Assembly (NCBI RefSeq): GCF_036321535.1
Contig: NC_087437.1
Location: 49,416,001 to 49,480,000 of the forward strand
Length of the DNA: 64,000 nt
Direction: 5' to 3'
Source: Camelus dromedarius
Taxonomy: Eukaryota
Below the pieces are notes generated by a model. That model saw only the letters and a list, made by a program, of their open reading frames with translations, was not told the origin of the DNA and did no database searches. The position numbers were made by a program, and so were the translations under genes. How positions within the stretch are numbered: position 1 is the first letter of the stretch; every line of letters begins with the position of its first letter. This document shows, piece after piece, positions 1 to 12,880 of this stretch.

Positions 1-304
1 AGTAGTGAAGGAAGCTGTGGCCTAAGGAAAACAAGTAGTAATAACAAGTCACTGACACAGATGAATGGGAAGGTGCTGGATTAGTTTTGAGCCAAAATAC
101 CATGGGGAGAGGCTAGGTGGAGCAGTAAAAGGAGGTAACCCCAGGCCATCATTTGAACTCTCCAAGAAGCTAGTGTCAGTTCTGAGAGACTTCTGGGAGT
201 TCCAGTTAGTTCTAGGAACTACAGATCTGGCTTTACTTATTAGCAGCTCTGCTACACTTCAACTTGTTGCATTCAACTTGCACTGGAATTGGGATAACGA
301 GTAA

Positions 305-600
305 ATGAATCATTCAAAAAATATGTATTGAGTGCCTGCTATGAACCAGGAATGCTGCTAGGTGTTATAGGTAAAGCAGCATAAAACCCAGTTCCTGCCC
401 TCGTGAAGATAACATTCTACTTAGAGTCTGCTGTGAAAGCATTGATTGTATAATTCAGTATTTAATTGGGGTGATGCCTAAGTATGACAAAGGAAAACTG
501 CAGGATACTGAGAAAGCATACATCACAGGGACATGACCTAATACACAAAGTTAGGCAAAGCTTCTCCAGAAAAAAAAGTCAATTAAGCTGATTCCTGAAA
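305..600 (-). mobile_element. L2 LINE 3' fragment (degenerate)
   Basis: cattcaaaaaatatgtattgagtgcctgctatgaaccagg is the reverse complement of the typical L2 3' terminus; boundaries approximate. Confidence 0.7.
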
Positions 601-1179
601 GGCAGAGAATTTGGTTTAAAAAATTTTTTTAATAAGTGGACATTTCTAATAAACACCTTTAACATGTGATACTCTAGAGCTAATCCTGAGAATTATCTTG
701 ACTCCCTTTCTTGATATGCTTCACGTAGAAAACATTCTGAGGTCCTTGCAACAAGCTAGCCTATTCAAGGTCCTGAATTCAGACAAAAGAAACCATTTCC
801 ACAGACGTAAACAACTTCCAGAGGCAACACAAGTATGCTGTGATCCCATCCACTACTGTTACTCTGTGCTCTCACCTAGGTCGTTGGCATGAATGCCTAT
901 TTGACATACCCCATCAGTACGCTCTAGACAGGCAGCTTTCAAATTCTGAAATGTCCACAGACAAGACTTTCTATATGGCTCTGTCCAAAAACCTTGGGCA
1001 AAAGAAAAGGAGTTAAGAAAAAGGAAATGAGTCAAGGCCCTTGACAACCTCAGAGAAAGCCTGATCTGTACAAGGGACACTTTAACCATCCCGCCCGCTC
1101 TTCTCTTAATGTGGAGCCAATTCTTTGTAAGTTTTCCAAAAGACATTCCCAAGCTCATCATAGTATTTTATACATCACC

Positions 1180-1470
1180 TTTCCTTGTCTCCCTTCTTCA
1201 GCTAATTAAATTCTTGTTCCTAAAAACTCAGTTCTAGCATCTTATCCTCTTACCCCACTGTCCCAATCTAATTTAGATATCCTTTCTTGTGCTCTCATAG
1301 AATGCTGCACTCTTATACCTTATCAGTTATATTATAATAATTGATTTACTTATCTGACTCATCTACTACTTATGGGAGTAAGTTCCTTAAGGACAAGACT
1401 CATGTTTTAATCATTTTTGTATCCCTACTTCCTAGCAGAGTACTACTTTAAAAATCCACTGAATGAATTA
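1180..1470 (+). mobile_element. L2 LINE 3' fragment
   Basis: taagttccttaaggacaagactcatgttttaatcatttttgtatccc...cactgaatgaattaa resembles the L2 3' end. Confidence 0.65.
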
Positions 1471-1691
1471 ATGTCCATGCATGATAGTTACTCTTCTTAG
1501 TCTCTGGAAGGACATAGAGACTTAGTTTTTATATATCTAGTGAACAAGTCTGGTTTTGTATGTAGGAAACTTCTGACCTATGCCAGGAAATTCTTCTCCA
1601 TTTATAGATAAGCCTGTTGTAGTTACTTTAACTAGGCTGTTGCTCTATATGCTCTATAGTCTTCTTTGAAAACATCTTAAGAACTAAATAG

Positions 1692-2428
1692 GGAACCCTC
1701 TGACACTGTTGGTGGGAATGTAAATTGGTACAGCCACTATGAAGAACAGTATGCAGGTTCCTTAAAAAACTAAAAACAGACTTACCATATGATCCAGCAA
1801 TCCCACTTCTAGGGCATGTATCTGGAAAAGAAGAAAACTCTAATTCAAAAAGATACATGTTCCCCAATGCTCATAGCAGCACTGTTCACAATCCCCAAGA
1901 CACAGAAGCAACCTAAATGTCTATCGACAGCTGAATGAATAAAAAAGATGTTATACCTACACACATACACGTGCGTGCGCGCCATGGAATGTTACTCAGC
2001 CATAAAGAAGAATGAAACAATGCCATTTGCAGCAATGTGGATAGACCTAGAGATTATCATACTAAGTGAAGTCAAAGGCAAGTATTGTAATATTATTTAT
2101 ATGTAGAATCTAAAAACATTATTCAAATGAACTTATTTACAAAACAGAAATAGACTCACAGACATAGAAAACAAACCTATGGTTACCAAAGAGGAAGGGG
2201 GGGGGGTATAAATTGGAATTTGGGATTAACAGATACACACTACTATATGTATAAAGTAGATAAACAAGGACCTACTGTATAGCACAGGGAACTATATTCA
2301 TTGTCTTGTAATAACCTATAACAGAAAAGAATCTGAAAAAGAATATCTATATATATTACACACACACATATAACTGAATTACTTTTCTGTACACCTGAAA
2401 CATTGCAAATCAACTATACTTCACCAAA
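1692..2428 (+). mobile_element. 5'-truncated L1 (ORF2 C-terminus and 3'UTR) with target-site duplication
   Basis: L1 motifs cactgttggtgggaatgtaaattggtacagccactatg and ccatatgatccagcaatcccactt; perfect 13-bp TSD aagaactaaatag at 1679-1691 and 2429-2441; tt|aaga endonuclease-type site. Confidence 0.95.
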
Positions 2429-2834
2429 AAGAACTAAATAGACCAGTATGCATGGTTCCACTGATCAACATATCAGCCAAGAACACAAGTAGTTTTGATG
2501 TCCTGTGCTGAATAAGATAGAATCATATGCATAAGTCTGATCTTTTAATCAGTGCATTTTAAATAACTTCCATGTTTCATATTAGAAATGGCATAATTTC
2601 CAAGCTAGAAGCAAGGAAAGAATGAACCATGCCTAGCAGGATGTTTATCATGTAGTAAGTACTTAAATATTTATTTAACAAGAAAAGGAAAGGATACATT
2701 AAAAAAGGAATAATTGAATGCATGTATAAATATAGCATAATCCACAGGAATCATCAAGCCATAAACTAGAATAAAAGACTTACTTTTGGAAAAAATAACT
2801 AAGCCATCAAACATTAAAAATAAAGGCTATAGGA

Positions 2835-2989
2835 GTGAGGAGGGTTTCATTCAGTGGTAGAGTGCCTGCTTAGCATGCATGAGGTCCTGGGTTCAATCCC
2901 CAGTACCTCAATTAAAAATAAATTAATAAACCTAACTACCTCCCCTGCTAAAAAACTAAAAATATTTTAAAAATTAAACATAAAATGAC
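2835..2989 (+). mobile_element. Camelid tRNA-derived SINE (Vic-1-like)
   Basis: tRNA-like head cagtggtagagtgcctgcttagcatgcatgaggtcctgggttcaatccccagtacctc, A-rich tail, 15-bp TSD ataaa(g/a)gctatagga at 2820-2834 and 2990-3004. Confidence 0.9.
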
Positions 2990-3329
2990 ATAAAAGCTAT
3001 AGGAAAGTCACATTTTCCAAACAAACAGGATCCAAATGTCATTCAAACACTGAAAAAGAGTGTGTTTAAAAAAAATACTAACCTGAAAGAGGCAAAAGTT
3101 TAATATATGAGGAAAACATATTATAAACTCTAAAGATACCCTGTACCACCCGTTCTGTCTTCTCACACCCCTTGCCTCCCCCACACATACACAATCACCA
3201 TCCTTACATATACACATCACAGTTGTCTACTTGCTTTTCCTGAAAGAGACTTGATTTGGAAAAGAGTAAGTTAAGAGATTACGGTAGGGTAAGATAAAGT
3301 CCTGCCAGCTGAAATTCCCCTTCCTTGTC

Positions 3330-3640
3330 TGCCTATTTATCTTCAGGATAGGCATAATTGCCACCTCTTCTATGGAAACCCTTTTTGATCTATGCTAGCT
3401 CCCAGCCAATTGCCCCCTTCCTCTGTACCATCACTACAACTTACCTCTTCTTCTCTTCTGCACTTATTTCACTCTCTTTACTTATAGGTGCCTACATGTG
3501 TCCTTTCTCTAGAATAAGAACTTTGAAAGAGTGGTTGTGTCTCATTTATCTTTATATTCCATTCTCCCTCTCTTCCTTCTTAATTTCTAACCCAGCACCT
3601 AGCAAAGAGTAGGAACTCAGAAAATGTTAGCATGGAAGGG
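3330..3640 (+). mobile_element. L2 LINE 3' fragment
   Basis: ctagaataagaactttgaaagagtggttgtgtctcatt...cccagcacctagcaaagagtaggaactcagaaaatg is L2-terminus-like. Confidence 0.6.
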
Positions 3641-4763
3641 AAGAAGGAAAGAAGAAATTTATTTCTGATGAAAAAACTACTTGTCTTCTTCCTTTAAAAT
3701 ATTTTCTCTTTTCAAATTCAGGGGACAGCCTTTTTTCCCCTAGGTGTTAAGGTGTCTGCCCTTGAACACCTTACTTTGGCAAAGTGCCCAAATTCCATCT
3801 CCAACCAGCTGAGTCATTTTCAGTTCCTTTGTGATTCATTCATGCTCTTCCCCTTCATTGACACGTTAACATTTCATGGTGAGTGGGTCCTGTTCAGCTG
3901 GCAGCCCCCCTCACCCCACACCTCTAAGATGTACTCACTTCACTAGTTCCCAACTGCCTGCCTCTTGGGGAGCTCTCAGTCATCACCACCATCTAGCGAA
4001 CAGAGGAGTTGTTTGTTTGCTGTTGTCATGCCTTAATTTTAATAATTAACGTGAAGCAAACTCAGAGAATGAGAGATCTCTGCTAGAGGCTGTCTTCTCT
4101 TACATGTTTTCAAAAGCACCTAGTTCATGTGAAGAAAGTGAGAGAAATACAGATAATGAAAGAACTGGGCAGACCTCATATCTACTTAATTTGGTATCTT
4201 GTTAAAATCTCTCATTTTTATTCTTCTCAAATATCCATACTTCTTACCTCCATGTCCTCTGCAATAGTGACTCTCAATGCATTTCTAGTTTGATCTTGCT
4301 TTTTAAGTGTTGAATTTATACAGCAATAATCCAGGAGCAAATTTAGTAATTAAAAATCTAGCATTTCTAAGGCATGGCATACAAGGGTTTCTATTTACTG
4401 ACTTCCAAAAGGAAATCACACACACAAATATTTGTTACAAGGTTCGCATTTCAGGATTTTCTTTTGTGCCTTAGGCCCTTAGTAGGTGCTCAATAACTCC
4501 CCGCTGACACACTGATTCATTTTAGTAGCTCCCTGTTATTTCCAAAAGACAGCATTTTCCAGACTTTTCTGATCAACAAATGAAACGTATGTTTTCTTAA
4601 AGCTGTGGAAATAGAATAATTCATATTGCGAGGTTATTTATTACCAGCCAGACCCTCATCTTGCTCTATGGGGCTCTGATAATCACCTATTTCAGAAGCC
4701 ATTAGCCTTCTGTGTGTTGTAAAGCACTCTTCACTGTAACGTGTCTGTGCCTTTGTATTCTAG

Positions 4764-4804
4764 GAGGAGGAATGGTGTGTAGTGAAGTAACAGACCTCTG
4801 TTGA
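4764..4804 (+). CDS. Candidate short stop-containing C-terminal exon of an unidentified plus-strand gene
   Basis: Branch-like ctgtaac and acceptor gtgcctttgtattctag|GAGGAGG. All three frames stop quickly: RRNGV* at 4782, EEEWCVVK* at 4790, GGMVCSEVTDLC* at 4804. Possible donor CAA|gtagga at 4809 or ATTAAA near 4869. Frame unknown. Confidence 0.35.
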
Positions 4805-6729
4805 CCAAGTAGGAAAGTCTTTGATACACAAATAGTACGTTAAAATGCTTTTATTTGATAGTGTTGAAATTAAACAGCGTGTGGAATCCCTGCCCAGGTA
4901 TGGGAACGTATAAAACCTCTGAGAACATGTACATTAATTCAAATGCTTAACATTACTGAAACACAGACTTACAAGAAAAATGCACACTGAAAGAATGTAA
5001 TAATCAAAGCTTAGGCACTTACAGGAGGACAGCAGGAGCTGGATTTAACTTATTGATTTTAGAGCCACTGTTTAAAAAAAAAAAGAGTAAAATATTGCTT
5101 TTACTGTTTGTCAGATAATAATGACTGTTGTTGCAAATTATAAAATTTAATTAGCTATATAAATGCCAGAGGAACAAATAGTGTGCTATTGTCTTGATAT
5201 CTTCCCAGAAATTAGTCTTTTAAAATAACTTTGCCATATTAATCATCTAAAAATATTTTTGATCACTGAATTAATAGTTTGCAGCCTGTTTTCAGGTACT
5301 CATTGCCATAGGTGATTGCTTCTTAATTACTACATGGGTTCTTTCTATTCACTCATATTAATTCATGTTTTCTGGCACAGTCCCAAAAGGCAGCCTTTCC
5401 CTATATCTTCTAATTACTTCTATAATTGAATTTGCCCACTTTTTCTAACCTATTTTTTAAACTGACTGTGTTTGTTCATGGTTTATTGTGTCTTTTTTGT
5501 GTCAGTTCTCTGCAAGCAGAATGTACATTGATTCTTTCCTCGTTTCTCATTAATTTTCAAGAGCTTTGCTGCATGTCTGTTTTTTCAGTCTGTCAGACCT
5601 ATTGCTGGACCAAAAAAAAAAAGACTTATTATTAAAGGTTAGGTAAAATAGACTGAAGTTAATTAATTCATTAGTAACTCTGAGCCAATTACTGAAGCCT
5701 TCTCTTATTTATATACTTGTTAACAAGACAGAAATGAGAAAGGCCAATTATAGGCACATGTCCTTCAGAAGTTCAGCAAACCCAGAGCTTATGCATCCCT
5801 GAAAATTCAGTTTATCTATCAGACATGTGAAACTACATTTAAAAAATTGTTGAGTAACACTTTATTCCATTCTATCAATTGATAAATTTTAAAGGGTTTT
5901 TCTCCCTCTTCAGATTTTTAGTATGTCTAATAGTACTAAGTTCTTCTAAAATTATCTCAAGAGTATTACTTAGCCTTAGAGCAATTATAAAAATAGGAAA
6001 AAAATTATTTTTTGGTTTTCATTTTCTTCTTTCTAAGGTATTGAGCTTTTAATTCTTGAAGTGGTATAACTGATTAGCAGATTTCATATACTACAACCCT
6101 TTAAATATGTTCCACTTGATTTTTAGTGAATATGCCAAAACTTTATAACATGTGGTAAGGCAGTTTTTCCCAGATTTCTCCTGGTGATCTATATTAAAAA
6201 TTTTAACTGCTTCTTCTATATAAACTACCTGCATTGTACATACTATAACCATCACTTCACCTTCCCTGACTCAGAAATATTTAACGGGGGTTAGGAGGGA
6301 ATGGGGTTGGTGATTGATTAGTGATTAGTTTTTTGCACATTTATAGTCTCTTTAAATGTTTGTGTCAGCATAGGACCAATAAATTAACAGAATGAACTGA
6401 CACTAATATCTCAATAAGTTGACTGGCTGTTTGGCTGAGGTAAAACTATTTGAGGTATGTTTTTTCTTTTCCTTTTTTTTTTTTAACTTTTTTTAATATC
6501 ATGTAGACATGGGTTTCCATAGTCAAGTGATGCCAAAATAATAAAAAATGTGCCTAATTTAGTTGTTCCTCAGTTCCAAATGTATTAAAATTTAATCAGT
6601 TATTTTATAGCATGATAATAACAATCACAGCATTAGAAAATGAGAAAGAATCTCAGCAGATGATTACCCTGGGTCCTTGATTCTTGAAAGACCAAAGAAT
6701 AAAAGTTCAAAAATATGCAGTGTGCCTTA

Positions 6730-6980
6730 TTCAGGAAGCCTTTCTTAATACTTTCTACATCTGAAGTTAATAATTTCTTGCCTCCAAATTTTCATACCCT
6801 CTTATTTGTAACCATTTTATGAACCTTTTCACTTTTTACCCTGCATTGTAATAACTTGTCTTTTTCTCTGCTGAATTATTACTTAATTGAGGAAGTAACT
6901 GTATTTTACGTACTTTGTAGCCCAAGCACTTAGCACAATGCCTGACAAATATCAGACCTTCAATAAATATATGTCAAAAG
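6730..6980 (+). mobile_element. L2 LINE 3' fragment
   Basis: cccaagcacttagcacaatgcctgacaaatatcagaccttcaataaatat is an L2 terminus. Confidence 0.7.
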
Positions 6981-7589
6981 AATTAGGAGTGAGGAGTCCA
7001 TAATCTCTTTTTAACATGTTTGTTGTCTAACCTCCCTCACTGTCTAGGCTAACTAAAGAATCTCTTGCTTGAAATCAGTTAATGTATCTTAATTTTATGT
7101 GGTAACTGCAGTAAATTGGCAACAAATGTTCCGTTATTAATTCATCGTGCAGGCTTCTCTGCTCAAGATTAAAAGTCTATACTAATTTTTCCTCAGATGA
7201 ACTGTTTTTCATTCCTCTAATTACTACATGACTATTTTTTGTGGCTTTACCAGCCTCGAGTTTGTTACTTTGGGCCAAGACCACACAGGCCCTTGTTACT
7301 CTTTCCAATTTCATGTGCAGTGCAGACACACCTATATGAAACAGAAGTTAGATTTCTCCGTAGGGCTTTTCCCCATCAGTTCTCCATGCCCCTGTTTCAG
7401 TGAAGCTGGTTTTCCTTCAGTTAACTTTTGTGTATTGTCCCTGACTCTTTTTTTACCCTTCCTTTCTTCCTTCTTTCCTTTTCTCCCTCTCCCCTTCCTT
7501 TTTTCTTTTTCTTTTTTTTTTTAAATAAGGCATTTCAGAGTTATGTCTCCTAAAAACAGCACTTCATATATTTATAATGATTTCCAGTG

Positions 7590-7730
7590 TATGAGCTCTT
7601 TCCACAGATACCATCTCATTTGATTCTTACAGGCTAAGTATTATGCAGGTGAGGAAACTAAAATTCAAAGAGGTTAAGTGACTTGCCCAAGGCCACACAG
7701 CTAGTTACAATTTCAGTTTTTAAATTCCTG
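7590..7730 (-). mobile_element. MIR SINE
   Basis: gcaggtgaggaaactaaaattcaaagaggttaagtgacttgcccaaggccacacagctagt is the MIR core in reverse complement. Confidence 0.9.
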
Positions 7731-7924
7731 ACTTGTTTGCCAGTGAGAACAAAATTCAGGTCCCCTTTTCTTAGTATTTCTTATCTTTTATGTGAGGGAA
7801 CTACCTAATATACTCCCCAAACAACTGGATTTGCAGCCAACTAAATGATATTTCCAGTAATTATACAGGTCATCATAAAGGGAAAAAATGTGGCCTAGTA
7901 CCTTAATGTGTATATATTATGCAA

Positions 7925-8022
7925 AAACACAGATTCTGATTCAGCAGGTCTGCATTTCTAATGAGCTCTCAGGTGGCCCATGGGGCCGATGCTGCAGGTC
8001 CACAGACCTCACTTGGAGTAGT
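7925..8022. mobile_element. MER5-type hAT-Charlie MITE fragment
   Basis: gattctgattcagcaggtctgcatttctaa...gatgctgcaggtccacagacctcacttggag resembles MER5. Confidence 0.7.
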
Positions 8023-8039
8023 TAGGCCTGGTGGACCGA

Positions 8040-8170
8040 GTAAGGCTCTGGAGCTGGAGGGACTTGATTCAAGTCCTGGCTCTTCTGTTTACTATGCCCT
8101 GGGGTGAGCTACGTAGCACCTATGAGCCTCGGTTCTTCATCCTTAAAATAAAGACAGTAATATGTATCTC
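8040..8170 (+). mobile_element. MIR SINE
   Basis: ggctctggagct...ttcaagtcctggctct...gagcctcggttcttcatccttaaaat. Confidence 0.75.
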
Positions 8171-8729
8171 ACTGAAAGCCAAGGGAATTGCCTTTCAATG
8201 AATTGGCATCCTTCCTCTCCACACTACTGCCTGATCAATCTTCCTAAGGTCTCCCTCCACTCAGAAACTTTCTAGTGAGCCTCACTGCTTGGTGAACTAG
8301 GGACAAACTCCTCCCCTTGAGCTCCAAACCCTCAACGTTATAGCCAAAGTCCCCTTTCTAACTTGAGCTCTCCCCACTTCCTACTCACACCTTCTGGTAG
8401 CCAACACATTAGATTTCTTACTGCCTCTTCTTGATTCCCCTTTGTTCTAGTCAACCTTCATCATATCCACTTTATCCTTTCTTTAAGTCTCTTTTCCCAT
8501 CCAGGCTTTTAATGGAAGTGTTTTCCTGCTCTCATCTCCTCGTACTCCTAACTCCCACACATATCTAGATATGTGTCTCTGAATCTGAATTCTTATAACG
8601 CTCTCTTTGTATCTTTGGATGGTTTCTTTTATATTGTTCCTTATGTTCCAGTTATTTCTGTAATTATCTCATATCCTAGTAGACTCTCAGTTACTTGAGG
8701 ATGGGGATCAGGTAGGTATTGTTCAGATA

Positions 8730-8930
8730 TCACAGATACGCAACTTTGGGGCGCAGACCTGGATACATACCTCAGCTCCATCATGTGCCAGAACAAGCCT
8801 CCACACCTATTTGACCTCCAGTTTTCCCATCTTTAAGTAGGTGCCAAAAATGCCTAACTTGCAGAGTTACTGGGAAGAAATGCTGTATATAAAATACCTC
8901 ACACGGTATCCAGTACAAGAGCTCATGTCA
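8730..8930 (+). mobile_element. MIR SINE
   Basis: cagacctggatacatacctcagctcca...cctccagttttcccatctttaa...cctaacttgcagagttac. Confidence 0.65.
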
Positions 8931-10634
8931 GTGAAATTGAGCAAATTAGAACTGACCATGTAATCCCAACACAACTCAGACATTTATTCTAGTGTATGAA
9001 TAACTGGACCCAAGCCCAGGCTTCCAGTTTGTGTGAACATTTTAACATTTTCTTTTCTGTCTATGTTTATGTCCATGTTAAGTCTCACCAGAATATTCCA
9101 TATTCAGCCCTCTTCAAATCAAAGTACATTTGTTGATCTAGCGCCCAGTGAGTATAGTTTGCAGTGATAATGGAAAGGTAACAAGAGTATGGTTTTTAAA
9201 AAAAAGCATGTGGTTTATAGTTAAGCCTAGGTTTGAATCCAAACTGTCACTCTCTGGCAATTTCCCTAATCTCTCCAAACTATAACAATCTCAGAAGTTG
9301 GATTTGAGATGTTTTTACTTTCTTTTTTGTATTTCTCTGTATTTTTTAGACTTTTTAAAAAATAAAGAGCATTTTATTTCTGTAGCCCAGAAACAATAAT
9401 AATATTACCATGAGTAATAGTAATAACGTTTAATGCCCCAAATCTCCACTTCTGTAAGTTGAATTTATATGTATTTTTTTTCTTGACTGTTCAAGGCCCT
9501 CATCAATTTAAATGTTTTGATTATTTCAGTAATTGCTAAGAACAGTACATTTCTTTTTATATTCTTATCAACTAGTTTTAAAAAACAACTAAATATATCA
9601 ATAAACTGTATTGCCATTCAGTTTAACACTTTGGGGGACAAATAGTTTTTTTTATAACTAGAAGTTAAATGCTGTCACTGTAACCAAATTTGACTCACGC
9701 CTGGACACAGTATGAGAGAGAGATCCAAGTTGTAGCTAAACTTAAAGCAGTCAAAGCCAAAGTCACAGCCATAATCAGTATGTTGTTTTGTTAGTGTGGG
9801 TAAGGAGGGGTTTTTTTAAAGAAAAATAGAAAATGGGGCAAACCTTGTTTTAATTAGGGACTATATGGAAAGAAAACTAAATGCCTATATTAAAACCCAT
9901 TCTTTCAGACTACCAGTAACATTGTCCCTCAGCCTCAAGAGACAATCATAAAACAATAACTCAGAGTGCTTTTAGCACAAGAACTGAAGTTGTACACTGT
10001 GCCTGTAAAGTCCTATGTAGAAGGAAGGCAATGTTTAAAGCTGCTGTCTCCACCTGAAAAAAAAAAAGAAAGAAATAAACGGGGATTCTGAATCAAGGAT
10101 GTATACATTTTCTGTCTTTCTGTCTTGTGGGTCTTTACTGCTAAAAATATTTTTATGAAATTACTCTGTGCTTTAAACTTCGTGTGGTCTTGTTTGCTTC
10201 TTCTCAAATCTCAAACCATGACATAGTTATGAAACATCTTGAGTTATTAAAAGTAGAGAAATTGTATTTTGTTTGTGAAATAAACAGCAGGCCAAGCAAT
10301 GTCTTCAGAAAGAAAGATCTTATTTTGTATGAAAAAATGTCCTTTTTCATTATAAGCTAAAATGAAGGATGATTCCTGGACAAAGAGACAGAAATTATCA
10401 CTTGCAAGCTGTTATGTTGAAGCTGTCTGCATAGCTACAAATGAAGCAGAGACTGGTTTCTTTTTCTTGGCCTATTTGGCCAGTATAAAGCATCTTACTG
10501 GGTGATCAAATCTTGAAAAGTCACCTTGAGATTTAAGTTACCAGTCTGCAGCATTTCGAGGATCAACTTAACAACAAAGAGAGATTTAATTTCACTTCCT
10601 GAGGCATAGACACAAACTGAGATGCAGCCTACCA

Positions 10635-11030
10635 AATGGTTGTGAGCATGGGCTTCAAGTTAGACCCACCTGAATGTAAGCCCCAGATCTACCCCTGGCT
10701 AACCATGTGATCTTTGGCAATTTAATCTCATGAAGCCTGTTTCCTCATCCGTGGGGATTATACCATATTTCACCAGAGTTAAGACATAAATTTCTTCCAC
10801 ACTTTAACATCTCTGATGTCAGAAGGCATCTTACAACTGATGATTTGTCATGGTTTAATTAGCAAAGCCTTTTCTTTTCTTACTAGTACATAAATTAATT
10901 GTGGATTTAACCACCTATGGCATTTGAGATTCAGTTAAATAATATATATGTCATAGAGTTGTTTTGAGATAAAAATAAAACAGAGATGTAAAACCTAGTA
11001 CCTGGCCCAGAGAAGACTCTCGGTAAATAA
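10635..11030 (+). mobile_element. MIR SINE split by a MER104 insertion
   Basis: MIR 5' part to about 10762 (ccatgtgatctttggcaa...tttcctcatccgtggggatta) resumes near 10945 (tcatagagttgttttgagat...cctggcccag). Confidence 0.7.
10763..10943 (+). mobile_element. MER104-like TcMar-Tc2 non-autonomous DNA transposon
   Basis: ccatatttca...cactttaacatctctgatgtcagaaggcatcttacaactgatg...tcatggtttaattagc...tagtacataaattaat...ggcatttgagattcagttaaata follows the MER104 consensus as I recall it; TA flanks. Confidence 0.8.
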
Positions 11031-11389
11031 TACCAATTAATGTAGTACAGTACGATTTTTTGTAACTTTGGCATTTTTCTGTCATTTTAGTTATAGTTTT
11101 TGTTTGCCAAAACTAGAAGTTAATTTTTTTTTGCAAAATCCTTGTGTTGGGATAGCCTGCCTACTGAATTAATTGTTCATCAAATTTCATCTAATTTCTC
11201 TGGCAGCAAGATATTGACCCTAAGGGTATAAATCTGAAACATGATCAAAATAAAGGCTTATGAACGTCCACACTGATTTATCAGATTGAGCTGTCTGCAG
11301 ACAGGAAGTCAGTAGTGCGCACACTTCACCAGTGCCTGGCCCATGGCTATTAGCACTACTGCAGTGGTGTTAAGAGGCAGAAGCATGCA

Positions 11390-11572
11390 AGGAGTGAGTG
11401 AAGAGCACAGATTCTGAGCCAGACTGGCTGAGTTCAAATCTTGGCTCTTCCCCTTACAAGCTCTGTAACCATGGACAAGTTACTTAACTTCTCTGTGGCC
11501 TCCATTTCCTCATAGGGTTGTTGTGAAAATTAAATGAACAATGTCCATGGGGTGCTTTGTAAGTTTGCTATT
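11390..11572 (+). mobile_element. MIR SINE
   Basis: gagccagactggctgagttcaaatcttggctct...caagttacttaacttctctgtggcctccatttcctcatagggttgttgtgaaaattaaatga. Confidence 0.9.
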
Positions 11573-12314
11573 ATTGAAACACATCCTTCTTGTGTTCAAG
11601 TTCCTTAAAAAAGGGCTGAGTTTTCTGACACTAAAAGGGAATATTGTAATCAATTTACTTTTCAAGCAAGTAACTGTTATAATTCTATTAGAGGTTTATA
11701 TATAAATATATGTTTATGTGTTATACAAAACATATAACATGCAAAGAGTCCCTTTGAGATATTTGTAATCATGTGGCCCAGCTGATAAAACTAGCCTACT
11801 TAGCAATAAACATGACTGAAAAAAAAAATCAAATTAAGTCTGAGGTTGCTTCCAACAGCCTCTGGGTGTCTGTATATATCTTGTTATGGTTTAAAATTCA
11901 GTGTAATATAGGTCAGCTTGTACCCACAAGAAAGGGTCACTATGACCAAGAATTTTAGAATGGCCTCCTTCTAACATTTGTTCACTTGTAATTCATATTA
12001 TTCTAATTTCTTATAGCTGTGAATATGACTATTATGCCTAGAACAACTATGACCATCAAGCATGTATCTCTAAGCACTTAGATTGGGTGTGGCTTTTAAC
12101 TTATTGATCACACCTTTTAAAAATACAGAATCAACTCTGAAATGAAATAAAACTTACCAATAGTTCATCATTATTTTGGGAGTGGTAATTCACTTGAATA
12201 ACTGTAATCAGTATTATTTTTCATAAACCAAAGCACATTTTTAGCTTTTCTCTTCTCTCTTTGTTTAAATTTTGTTCAGTCTCTAAATCTGTCATCAGTG
12301 TCAATGCCGAAAGA

Positions 12315-12880
12315 CTACAGCATAGTGTGTTAGAATGTTGGTGTCCCAACAACTTGGCTCCAAAACCCAGTCTACCACTCAACTAACCCCCAAAATCTTC
12401 AATAAGATTTGCTCTTGCTCATGTCATAAGTCTGGTAAGGGGTGGGTGGCCTTCCTTTATCCTGTAGCTCAGCCATCTAATGCATGCTTCCCACAGTCAT
12501 CCTGGTAGGAAAGGCAGAACCTGGAAGGGCTCTTTTAGGAGCCAGAACTGGAAATGACTTAAGTCACTTACATCCAGTTCCATTATCTAAAACACAGTCA
12601 CATGTCCGTAACCAAATTACAAGGGAGGCTGGGAAATATCATCTTACTACTTGCTCAGTTAGAAAAAATGGTATGGTGAATATGTAGCATTTTCCCTGCC
12701 ATAGCCACTTACTAGCTGTATAACTTTAAGCAAGTTACTTAACTTCTCAGAGCCTCAGTTTTCTCATTTGCAAAATCACAATAATAATACCTATCTTGCA
12801 GAGCTGCTGTGAGGATAAATGAGAGAAAGAATCTAAAGCACATGGCATATGATAAGTCCTTCATAAAACTGTTATGTTTT
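12315..12880 (+). mobile_element. MIR SINE interrupted by a MaLR LTR
   Basis: MIR head at 12315-12380 resumes at 12702 (gccacttactagctgtataactttaagcaagttacttaacttctcagagcctcagttttctcatttgcaaaa). Confidence 0.75.
12390..12701 (-). mobile_element. Old MLT1-family (MaLR) LTR fragment
   Basis: gtcacatgtccgtaaccaaattacaagggaggctgggaaatatcatc is a characteristic motif of older MLT1 subfamilies. Confidence 0.7.

Noticed and set aside
2835..2910. tRNA-like sequences here and at 26820 and 40297
   Set aside because: They are SINE heads with A-rich tails and TSDs, not tRNA genes
5324..7230. Repeated 13-mer taattactacatg at 5324 and 7218
   Set aside because: Matches of this length are expected by chance in 64 kb of AT-rich DNA
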